From positions 79,670 to 103,669 of the forward strand of contig CAVZPH010000004.1 of NCBI GenBank assembly GCA_963777075.1: a DNA stretch of 24,000 nt, read 5' to 3'. Source of the DNA: an uncultured Actinomycetota bacterium (GTDB taxonomy: Bacteria; Actinomycetota; Actinomycetes; Actinomycetales; Cellulomonadaceae). The notes beneath the pieces are model-generated. The model saw only the letters and a program-made list of their open reading frames with translations, did not search any database and was not told where the DNA came from. Position numbers and translations under genes: made by a program. The first letter of the stretch is position 1, and the number at the start of each line of letters is the position of its first letter. Shown one piece after another: positions 8,395-15,566 of the stretch.

Positions 8395-8510
8395 CCATGT
8401 GCCAGCCAGCTCCGTGACAGCGCGGGCACCCCACCGAGGTTCGACACCAACTCCTGGCAGTACCCCTCGACGGCTCAGAGAAGAGCCATCCAGATGAGAG
8501 CGAGTAACCG

Positions 8511-10088
8511 ATGAGTACGGTCGCAGCACCGCCCCCAGGGCTCACCAGTCGGAAGAGCGCCCAGCTCCACGTCCAGCGCTTCGGCGCGTTCCTCACCGGA
8601 ATGATCATGCCCAACCTCCCGGCGTTCATCGCCTGGGGCCTGATCACGTCCCTGTTCATCGCCGCAGGCTGGCTGCCCAACGGCGTCCTCGGCGGCTTCG
8701 GCAACGCGGACCTCGCGGGCAGCTGGCAGGGCGCGGCGACCGCGCTCGCGACGGCGGACGACGGCACCACGTTCCACCAGTACCTCGGCCTCGTCGGCCC
8801 GATGATCGTCTACTTGCTGCCGCTGCTCATCGCCAACCAGGGCGGGCGTATGGTCTACGGCGAGCGCGGTGGCGTCGTCGCCTCGATCGCCACGATGGGT
8901 GTCATCGTCGGAAGCACCATCCCGATGTTCCTCGGCGCCATGGTCATCGGCCCGCTCGCCGGATGGCTGATGAAGAAGATCGACAGCATCTGGGACGGCA
9001 AGATCAAGCCCGGCTTCGAGATGCTCGTCAACATGTACTCCGCCGGGATCCTCGGCATGGGGCTCGCGATCCTCGCGTTCTTCGGTGTCGCGCCGTTCGT
9101 CACGAACGTCAGCTCCTGGCTCGGCTCGGGCGTCCAGTCGCTCGCCGACGCCAACCTTCTCCCGCTGATGAGCATCATCGTCGAGCCCGCCAAGGTGCTG
9201 TTCCTCAACAACGCGATCGGCAACGGCACGCTCGTGCCGCTCGGCGTGCAGCAGGCGCTCGACACGGGCCACTCGCTGCTGTTCCTCGTCGAGGCGAACC
9301 CCGGCCCCGGCTTCGGCCTCCTGCTGGCGTTCATGCTCTTCGGGATCGGGACCGCCCGCGCCTCCGCGCCCGGTGCGATCATCATCCAGTTCCTCGGTGG
9401 CATCCACGAGGTCTACTTCCCGTTCGTGCTGATGAAGCCGGTCCTGATCGTCGCCATGATCGCCGGTGGTGCCACGGGCGTCGCGACCAACGCGATCTTC
9501 GACAGCGGTCTGCGGGCTCCTGCCGCACCGGGAAGCATCATCGCGGTGCTCGCCCAGACGCCGAAGGGCAGCTACCTCGGGGTCATCCTCTCCGTGGTTC
9601 TCTCCGCAGCCGTGACCTTCCTCATCGCAGCGGTCATTCTCCGGGCCTCCCGCAAGCGTGACCTCGAGTCCGAGAACGCCGGTGACCTCTCGGCCGCGAT
9701 CGCCCAGACCGAGGCCAACAAGGGCAAGAGCAGCAGCGTCCTGTCGACCCTCGGCGGCACCGCCACGGCCGTCGCCACCCGCCCGATCGAGCTGATCATC
9801 TTCGCCTGCGACGCAGGCATGGGCTCGAGCGTGATGGGTGCCAGCGTCCTTCGCGACAAGCTCAAGAAGGCCGGTGTCACGGGCGTGACCGTCGTGAACA
9901 AGGCGGTCGCGAACCTCGAGGAGGGCGCCGACCTGGTGATCAGCCAGCGTGAGCTCACGCCGCGCGCTCAGCACCAGGCACCGGGCTCGCGCCACGTGTC
10001 CGTCGACAACTTCATGAACAGCCCCGTCTACGACGACGTCGTGGCCGAGGCCAAGGCGAGCCACGAGAAGGGCCAGGAGTCCCGATGA
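8511..10088 (+). CDS. mtlA: PTS mannitol-specific EIICB component
   Basis: ORF 8511..10088. VQRFGAFLTGMIMPNLPAFIAWG, the GGIHEVYFPF region and the EIIB segment IIFACDAGMGSSVMGAS (phospho-Cys) identify it. Confidence 0.9.
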   Translation: MSTVAAPPPGLTSRKSAQLHVQRFGAFLTGMIMPNLPAFIAWGLITSLFIAAGWLPNGVLGGFGNADLAGSWQGAATALATADDGTTFHQYLGLVGPMIVYLLPLLIANQGGRMVYGERGGVVASIATMGVIVGSTIPMFLGAMVIGPLAGWLMKKIDSIWDGKIKPGFEMLVNMYSAGILGMGLAILAFFGVAPFVTNVSSWLGSGVQSLADANLLPLMSIIVEPAKVLFLNNAIGNGTLVPLGVQQALDTGHSLLFLVEANPGPGFGLLLAFMLFGIGTARASAPGAIIIQFLGGIHEVYFPFVLMKPVLIVAMIAGGATGVATNAIFDSGLRAPAAPGSIIAVLAQTPKGSYLGVILSVVLSAAVTFLIAAVILRASRKRDLESENAGDLSAAIAQTEANKGKSSSVLSTLGGTATAVATRPIELIIFACDAGMGSSVMGASVLRDKLKKAGVTGVTVVNKAVANLEEGADLVISQRELTPRAQHQAPGSRHVSVDNFMNSPVYDDVVAEAKASHEKGQESR

Positions 10089-10522
10089 GCGAGATCCTCA
10101 CGCGCGAGCTGATCGTCGCCTCGGGCACTGCCCGGACCAAGGACGAGGCGATCCGGGAGGCCGGCGCGCTGCTGGTCGCCTCGGGCGCCGTCACTCCTGC
10201 GTACGTCGACGCGATGCTCCAGCGTGAGGAGACCGTCTCGACGTACATGGGTAGCTCCCTGGCGATCCCGCACGGCACGAACGAGGCCAAGGAGTCGATC
10301 CTGCACTCCGCCGTCTCGCTCGTCCGCTACGAGAGCCCGCTCGACTGGGGCCGGGGCGAGGTGCAGATCGTCGTCGGCATCGCCGGCGTGAACGACGAGC
10401 ACCTGAGCATCCTGTCGAAGATCGCGATCCTCTTCTCCGACCCGGTCGAGGCGCAGAAGATGGTCGACGCGAGCACGGTCGACGAGCTCTACGGGCTGCT
10501 CCAGGCGGTCAACGCGGACTAG
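10085..10522 (+). CDS. mtlF: PTS mannitol-specific EIIA component
   Basis: ORF 10085..10522, overlapping the mtlA stop as ATGA. GSSLAIPHGT is the phospho-His site and IVVGIAG..DEHL is typical of EIIA-Mtl. Confidence 0.9.
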   Translation: MSEILTRELIVASGTARTKDEAIREAGALLVASGAVTPAYVDAMLQREETVSTYMGSSLAIPHGTNEAKESILHSAVSLVRYESPLDWGRGEVQIVVGIAGVNDEHLSILSKIAILFSDPVEAQKMVDASTVDELYGLLQAVNAD

Positions 10523-10550
10523 GGCCCACAAGGCCCGACACCGTAGGAAC

Positions 10551-10584
10551 GACCCCGGTCCCTCCACCTGGAGGGGCCGGGGTC
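10551..10584. terminator. bidirectional intrinsic-type terminator hairpin between mtlF and the convergent wHTH gene
   Basis: GACCCCGGTCCCTCC-ACCT-GGAGGGGCCGGGGTC forms a 15-bp stem with one G-U pair. It is followed by GTTCTCGT on the + strand and starts 29 nt after the mtlF stop. Confidence 0.6.
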
Positions 10585-10615
10585 GTTCTCGTCCCGGCCT
10601 GCGGCGCGACCTGGG

Positions 10616-10903
10616 TCAGTCGGCGAGTGTCGCGAGGAGCTCGCCGATCCGGTGCTCGGCCTCGAGAGGGTGCCGCAGTCGCAGGTCGCGGTTGATCTCG
10701 TAGCGGTTGCGACGGCCATGCCGACTGCGGATCACGTACCCCGTCCCGACGAGGTCGTTGACGATCCCCTGTGCCGCCCGCACCCCGATCCCGACCCGCT
10801 CGGCGATGTCGCTGATCCGGGCGTCGGAGTCCGTCGCCACGCAGATGAGCACATGGCCGTGGTTCGTGAGGAACGTCCACGAGGGGACGTCGGGCGTGGT
10901 CAC
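10616..10903 (-). CDS. small winged-HTH transcriptional regulator (ArsR/MarR-like)
   Basis: ORF 10616..10903 with a GTG start. WTFLTNHGHVLICVA...ISDIAERVGIGVRAAQGIVNDLVGTGYV..RHGRRNRY is a wHTH motif. The gene is divergent from the SbtA-family permease. Confidence 0.75.
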   Translation of the reverse strand: MTTPDVPSWTFLTNHGHVLICVATDSDARISDIAERVGIGVRAAQGIVNDLVGTGYVIRSRHGRRNRYEINRDLRLRHPLEAEHRIGELLATLAD

Positions 10904-10942
10904 GGTCGCGCTCTCCCAGCGGTCGTCGGTGTGCAGCCATCA

Positions 10943-11030
10943 AACCATGGCCCGTGAACCATGGCTTGGGCAGCAGGTCATGCTGTCGCGAGGCGGTGGG
11001 CTGTGCCAATATGTGCACTGCAAACCATGC
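10943..11030. promoter_or_regulatory. three AACCATG(G/C) boxes in the divergent wHTH/sbtA control region
   Basis: AACCATGG at 10943-10950 and at 10957-10964, and AACCATGC at 11023-11030. The function is inferred only. Confidence 0.4.
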
Positions 11031-11072
11031 ATTGCCCTGCTTCTATGAGGGCCCGCGCAGATCGGACCCGAG

Positions 11073-11948
11073 ATGTCCAGCCTCGACCTGGCCCTGGCCA
11101 ACCTCACCCACCCGGCGATCCTCGCCTTCGTCCTCGGTGTCGTCGCGGTGCTGGTGCGCAGCGACCTGCACATCCCCGCGGGTGCGGCGAAGCTCCTGTC
11201 CTCCTACCTGCTCCTCGCGATCGGGCTCAAGGGCGGCGCGGCGCTGGTCGCCGCCTCGCCGGTCGAGCTCGTCCGGCCTGTGGCCGCCACGCTGATCCTC
11301 GGGGCGGTGATCCCGGTGAGCGCGTACCTCGTCCTCAAGCGCTGGGGCAGGTTCTCGGTGGTGGATGCCGCCGGGATCGCCGCGCACTACGGCTCGGTGT
11401 CCGCGGTGACCTTCGCGGCCGCGCTCGCGTTCGCCATCGCGCACCGCGTCAGGCAGGGAGGCAACCTGCGCGCCGCCGTCGCCGAGGTGCTCGCCGGGTC
11501 GAGCATGCTGCTCCTGCTCGGCGGCATCGTCATCGGGGCGGTGGCGGGGCCGGCGGGGCGCGATCTCGTCGCGCCGGTCTTCGTCGCCCCGTTCGCCGGC
11601 GTCCTGGTGCTCTTCCTGCTCCACCTCGGAGTCGTCGCCGGCCACCGGCTCCGGGAGGTGCGCAGCACGGGTCCGTTCCTCGTCGGCTTCGCCGTGGCCA
11701 TGCCGCTGGCGGCGGGTGCGCTCGGTGCGACGCTCGGGACGCTCGCCGGGCTCTCCGTCGGCGGCGCGGCCGTCTTCGGTGCGATGGCGGCGAGCGCGTC
11801 CTACATCGCGGCGCCCGCCGCCGTGGCCGTGTCCCTCCCGGAGGCGAACCTCGGCCACGCCCTGACGGCCTCGCTCGCCGTGACGTTCCCGTTCAACCTC
11901 GCGGTGGGCATCCCGCTCTACCACGCGCTCGCGACCCGGCTGGGGTAG
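11073..11948 (+). CDS. SbtA-family (sodium-dependent bicarbonate transporter-like) permease
   Basis: ORF 11073..11948. The N-terminus HPAILAFVLG...IPAGAAKLLSSYLLLAIGLKGG and the C-terminus ASASYIAAPAAV..LPEANLG...TFPFNLAVGIPLY align by eye with cyanobacterial SbtA termini. It is a multi-TM protein of 291 aa. Confidence 0.8.
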   Translation: MSSLDLALANLTHPAILAFVLGVVAVLVRSDLHIPAGAAKLLSSYLLLAIGLKGGAALVAASPVELVRPVAATLILGAVIPVSAYLVLKRWGRFSVVDAAGIAAHYGSVSAVTFAAALAFAIAHRVRQGGNLRAAVAEVLAGSSMLLLLGGIVIGAVAGPAGRDLVAPVFVAPFAGVLVLFLLHLGVVAGHRLREVRSTGPFLVGFAVAMPLAAGALGATLGTLAGLSVGGAAVFGAMAASASYIAAPAAVAVSLPEANLGHALTASLAVTFPFNLAVGIPLYHALATRLG

Positions 11949-12223
11949 TGCGACACGCGTACGCGGAGCCCTGACGTCGTCATCACTGGTCTCTGACCGG
12001 CGGTGATCCCGTGGGTGGCTCAGGAGGCTCGAGCTCCTTCGGCCAGTCCTGCGGCTGGCCGGCCGTGTGAAGACGCCTCATCACCTGACCCGCGGCGCGA
12101 CGGTGAGACGGTCCAAGCCGAAGCCGTGTCGTGTCGTGGGCTCCGCGTGCCTGCTGAGTCAGGTCCGTGAGGCCAGGGAAGCGGTGTCGAGGGGGCCGCG
12201 TCCGGTGCCGGACGAGCGGGACC

Positions 12224-12955
12224 TCAGGTGTCAGCGGCGTCGACGATCCGGTCCAGCCACTCGCGCATGAGGCGCTGCTCGGCCCCGGTGAGTGTCGGGG
12301 ACTGCGGGAGGAGCGTCCGCAGGGCGACCGCCGCGGCGGTCGTCCCTCCGTCGGTCGTGGCCGGCGCATCGGTGAGGATCGCACGAAGCACGGCCTCGTA
12401 CATGGCTCCCGAGAGCCCCGGGTCTCGTTCGGCCGGCGGAGTCGAGAGCAGGGCCAGGACGGTCCCGGTCCCCGCCGCGTGGATGAGGCCGATCGCTCGG
12501 TCCTCGCTCACCCGCAGCCGGCCCGTCGCCGCGATACGCCGCACCCGGGACCGGAGGACCTCCTTGCCGAGGTCTGCTGCGGGCGAGTGCATCCCTCGCT
12601 CGGGCGAGCTGAGCAGGGTGAACAGCGTCGGGTTCGACATCCCGAAGTCGATCTGCATGTCCCAGCCGGTCCGCAGGTCGTCGATCGGGTCCGTGTCCGC
12701 CGAGGCAGCGGACTCTGCAACCGCCGCCTTGGTCGAGACGTAGGTGGCCATCACATGCTCGGCGACGGCGTCGAGCAGTCCGTCCTTGTCCCCGAAGAGC
12801 CGATAGATCGTCGGGGCCTGGATGCCGGCGGCCTGGGCCACGGCCCGCGTCGTGACCGCTGCGGGACCCTCGGCCCGGAGCAGGCGCGCGGCGACGTCGA
12901 CGACTCGCGCCCTGGTCGTGACCTGATGGGCGGCTCTCGGGGTGGGGTCCGACAT
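12224..12955 (-). CDS. TetR/AcrR-family transcriptional regulator
   Basis: ORF 12224..12955. The N-terminal HTH is VTTRAVAQAAGIQAPTIYRLFGDKDGLL. Confidence 0.9.
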   Translation of the reverse strand: MSDPTPRAAHQVTTRARVVDVAARLLRAEGPAAVTTRAVAQAAGIQAPTIYRLFGDKDGLLDAVAEHVMATYVSTKAAVAESAASADTDPIDDLRTGWDMQIDFGMSNPTLFTLLSSPERGMHSPAADLGKEVLRSRVRRIAATGRLRVSEDRAIGLIHAAGTGTVLALLSTPPAERDPGLSGAMYEAVLRAILTDAPATTDGGTTAAAVALRTLLPQSPTLTGAEQRLMREWLDRIVDAADT

Positions 12956-12964
12956 GTTTCCAAC

Positions 12965-12984
12965 GATATCGCAACGTTGCTATC
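12965..12984. promoter_or_regulatory. palindromic operator candidate in the tetR/NmrA-like intergenic region
   Basis: GATATCGCAACGTTGCTATC has a perfect 10-bp core, GCAACGTTGC, at 12971-12980. It sits in an AT-richer 85-bp divergent spacer, and GATATCG recurs at about 13019. Confidence 0.5.
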
Positions 12985-13040
12985 ACACTGTTTCCGATGA
13001 TAACTTCGCCGCGTTCCGTCGATATCGAGAGAGGCACACC

Positions 13041-13904
13041 GTGATCATCGTCACCGGCGCGACCGGAGAGCTCGGCTCCCGGATCGTCGACCGACTTCTC
13101 CGGCACGTGCCCGCCGATCAGGTGGGTGTCAGCGTCCGCGAGCCGCAGAAGGCGAGCGGTCTGAGCGCCCGTGGCGTGCGGGTGCGCGCAGGGGACTTCA
13201 CCGATCCGGACGGGCTCGCGCACGCGTTCGAGGGAGCCGACCAGGTGCTCGTGATCTCAGCAGCCATCCGGGGGCCCGGTGCTGCCCGCGCGAACCGTGT
13301 CGCCATCGATGCGGCCGTCGCGGCCGGAGCGCACCGTGTGCTCTACACGAGCCATCAAGCAGCATCGAGGGACTCCCTCTTCGGGCCCCAACCCGCGCAT
13401 GCGGCAGCCCAGGAGCACCTTGCCGGCCTCGGCGTCCCCTTCACTGCGCTGCGCAACGGCTTCTATGCCAGCACCGTGCAGTACTACGTGGCCCGGGCGA
13501 CGCAGAGCGGACAGCTGGCGCTTCCCGCGGACGGGCCGGTCTCCTGGACCGCGCATGCCGATCTCGCCGAGGTCGCGGCCATCGCCCTCGCCCGGGAAGG
13601 GCTGCTCGACGGCGTCACGCCCCCGCTGACCGCACCCCAGCTGCTCGACTTCGAGGACATCGCAGGAGTGCTCACCGATCTCACCGGTCGCCACGTCGAG
13701 CGGATCGTGGTCGACGACGAGGAGTGGAAGGCCGCAGAAGTCGCCGGCGGCATGCCCGAGGCCGCCGCCGACTTCTCCCTCGGATTGTTCCGGGCGGCCC
13801 GTCGCGGCGAGTTCGCCGTCACCGACCCCACCCTCGAGACGGTCCTCGGGCGCCCGGCGACGCCTCTGCGGGCCGTGCTGCAGTCCGTCGTGGCCGCACG
13901 ATGA
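13041..13904 (+). CDS. NmrA-like / atypical SDR NAD(P)-binding protein
   Basis: Track ORF 12942..13904. I prefer the GTG at 13041, after GAGAGAGG, giving VIIVTGATGELGSRIV (a Rossmann GxxGxxG). The longer version would overlap the tetR start. Confidence 0.85.
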   Translation: MIIVTGATGELGSRIVDRLLRHVPADQVGVSVREPQKASGLSARGVRVRAGDFTDPDGLAHAFEGADQVLVISAAIRGPGAARANRVAIDAAVAAGAHRVLYTSHQAASRDSLFGPQPAHAAAQEHLAGLGVPFTALRNGFYASTVQYYVARATQSGQLALPADGPVSWTAHADLAEVAAIALAREGLLDGVTPPLTAPQLLDFEDIAGVLTDLTGRHVERIVVDDEEWKAAEVAGGMPEAAADFSLGLFRAARRGEFAVTDPTLETVLGRPATPLRAVLQSVVAAR

Positions 13905-13929
13905 GACCACATGTGCTGCCTCTCCTCTG

Positions 13930-14160
13930 AGGATGCGGTGTCGCATCCCGTCGCCGCAGAACGTGCCGGCGGGGTGACCGCGGTGACAGGCCGGCCGAGT
14001 GCTGCGACACCGACCAGGCTCCACTGTCCCCTGGGTGCGCCTGGCCTGGCATGGGCCGGACGGCAGCCTGCGCGCCGCCGTCGCCGAGGTGCGCGCCGGG
14101 TCGAGCACGCTGCTCCCGCTCGGCGCTTCGTGATCGTGGCCATGTCTCCCGAGGAGAGCG
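13930..14160 (+). pseudogene. decayed internal fragment of a second SbtA-family gene
   Basis: 14064-14125 matches 11462-11523 of the live gene at 58 of 62 nt (counted by hand). Weaker similarity flanks it on both sides: GGTG.CCGCGGTGAC at about 13974-13987 against about 11394-11410, and TCGT.ATCG.GGC after the core. At least two frame changes are needed. The frame reads ..DGSLRAAVAEVRAGSSTLLPLGAS* with the stop at 14131-14133. The boundaries are approximate. Confidence 0.55.
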
Positions 14161-14165
14161 CGCCC

Positions 14166-14193
14166 TTGCTGTCATGTATCTGCCAGATATAGT
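14166..14193 (+). promoter_or_regulatory. putative promoter TTGCTG-N16-TATAGT for the CPBP gene, with an embedded palindrome
   Basis: Hexamers read in the sequence. The 13-bp palindrome TATCTGCCAGATA (14177-14189) spans the spacer and the -10. Confidence 0.35.
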
Positions 14194-14312
14194 GTGTGCA
14201 ATGGTCGCGGCACGGTCGCGTCCACGCCCGAGGGGAACCCGGGGCGTTCGGGGTGGTGGCCCTCCTCGAGCCCCCGGCGCCCCTGGAGCCGACCCGAACG
14301 GAGCTCTCTGCC

Positions 14313-15227
14313 ATGACGATCGTCCGACCTCTCCCCACGCCCGGCGTCCGGCCCTTGTCCCGTCGGCGCGCACAGGTGAACTTCGCCGTCTTCGCCGTCG
14401 TCGTGATCGGGATCGGCTGGGCGGGCGTCGCAGTCGACCGGCTGGGAGGGGCGAGCCTCTCAGGTGGTGGAGTCGTGCCCACCGGCGAGAGCTCGAGCGG
14501 GCAGGGCCTGTGGATCCTCGTGCCGGCGCTGACGGCGCTCGCGTTGACGTACCTGAGGCCCGACGGCGCCGGTCGCCTGGGGCTCACCCTGCGCTTCGGG
14601 CATCGTGCCCGCTGGTTCGGGTTCGCTGCCCTGCTGTTCCCGGTCACGATGGCGGTGACCGTGCTCGTCGGGGTGGCGCTGGGTCTGACGACCGTCCATG
14701 CGGCGCCCGCGCCGGGCAGGCCCGGCTTCCTCGCCGCCGTCGTCGCGGGTGTCGGCGTCCTCGGCCTGAAGAACGTCGTCGAGGAGTTCACCTTCAGGGG
14801 CTACGGCACGAGGACCGCGATGGCCACGGGCCTGCGCGGCGCGGCACCGCATGTGCTCGTCAGCGTCGTGTGGGCGTGCTGGCACCTGCCGCTGTACCTG
14901 GTCTGGACGTCGGCCGCCGACCGGCCCATGGTCACGAGTCTCGACTGGCCGGAGTTCATCCCGATGTTCTTCGTCGGCGCGGTCGCGCTGGGACTCGTCC
15001 TCGGCGAGCTCCGCGTCGCGACGGGGTCGATCTGGCCTGGCGTCGTGCTGCACACCGTCGCCAACGCGGTGGCGATCCCGCTGCTGGCCAATGGCCACAT
15101 CTCCTTCGACGGCCATGCCGACGCGCTCGTCGGTGTCCAGCCGTCCTCGATCGCCACGATGCTCATGTTCGGAGCGATCGGATGGGTGCTCGTCCGCCGC
15201 CGGACGCGCGGCCCGGTGGGTGGGTAG
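14313..15227 (+). CDS. CPBP-family intramembrane glutamic endopeptidase (CAAX protease / Abi family)
   Basis: Track ORF 14196..15227. I prefer the ATG at 14313 because GGAG lies 9 nt upstream. Motifs are EEFTFRG, VVWACWHLP and WPGVVLHTVANA, in a multi-TM protein. Confidence 0.85.
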   Translation: MTIVRPLPTPGVRPLSRRRAQVNFAVFAVVVIGIGWAGVAVDRLGGASLSGGGVVPTGESSSGQGLWILVPALTALALTYLRPDGAGRLGLTLRFGHRARWFGFAALLFPVTMAVTVLVGVALGLTTVHAAPAPGRPGFLAAVVAGVGVLGLKNVVEEFTFRGYGTRTAMATGLRGAAPHVLVSVVWACWHLPLYLVWTSAADRPMVTSLDWPEFIPMFFVGAVALGLVLGELRVATGSIWPGVVLHTVANAVAIPLLANGHISFDGHADALVGVQPSSIATMLMFGAIGWVLVRRRTRGPVGG

Positions 15228-15268
15228 GCGATGGCTCGGGTGCGCGGGCGAGGGCCGCTGCGAGCTGA

Positions 15269-15312
15269 GGAGCGGGTGAGGAGAATCGAACTCCCGTAGC
15301 CAGTTTGGAAGA
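15269..15312 (-). pseudogene. 3' half of tRNA-Gly(UCC) with no 5' half; att-core relic candidate
   Basis: The minus strand reads T-CTTCCAA-ACTGG-CTAC-GGGAG-TTCGATT-CTCCT-CACCCGC-T-CC. These parts are the anticodon loop with UCC, the 3' anticodon stem, the variable loop, the complete T arm, the 3' acceptor strand and the discriminator. Upstream there is no GCGGGTG acceptor strand, no D arm, and GGTCT where CCAGT would be required. Confidence 0.7.
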
Positions 15313-15416
15313 GACCCGGAAAGGTTGCTCCGGCCCTGGTCGCAGCGCGTTTGTGCAGGTCAGACGCTTGCGAGACTACACCGAAGTGAACCGAAATGCA
15401 CCCGGATGATCACCGC

Positions 15417-15441
15417 TATGGCACGTTATGGCATGCCATAA
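15417..15441. repeat. TATGGCA x2 direct plus one inverted copy, forming the perfect 16-bp palindrome TTATGGCATGCCATAA
   Basis: Read directly: TATGGCA at 15417-15423 and at 15427-15433, and the palindrome at 15426-15441. This lies about 105-130 bp inside the tRNA fragment. Confidence 0.6.
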
Positions 15442-15566
15442 GCGGCTGACTACATGGGTTTCGGAACGGGTGTAGCCAGTCGAGCGGGGCGAGCGGGGGC
15501 TCACACAGGTGCAGCCTACGCGCGTCGCGCTCGTGCTCGACCGGGGCGCGGCGCGTCCGGTGGGCT

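Noticed and set aside
8430-8470. T-loop-like GGTTCGACACC in the mtlA leader
   Set aside because: No complementary T-stem or acceptor strands flank it, so it is not a tRNA.
11949-12223. Possible PII-like sbtB gene or remnant downstream of sbtA
   Set aside because: None of the six frames shows PII-like sequence or a credible ORF. The 11983..12384 minus ORF is Pro/Arg-rich and overlaps the tetR 3' end.
12942-13040. N-terminal extension of the NmrA-like ORF, which starts at 12942 in the track
   Set aside because: The extension would overlap the tetR start and run through the AT-rich operator region. The GTG at 13041, with an SD, places the Rossmann motif at the N-terminus as expected.
14196-14312. 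N-terminal extension of the CPBP ORF
   Set aside because: The start at 14196 falls immediately after the putative -10 hexamer. The extension has no hydrophobic or conserved character, and the ATG at 14313 has a GGAG upstream.
15269-15345. Possible complete tRNA at the T-arm-containing locus
   Set aside because: The 73 nt ending at the discriminator begin GCGACCA, which pairs with the 3' acceptor strand CACCCGC at only 3 of 7 positions. There is no D arm, and the 5' anticodon-stem strand is GGTCT instead of CCAGT. Only the 3' half is tRNA-like.
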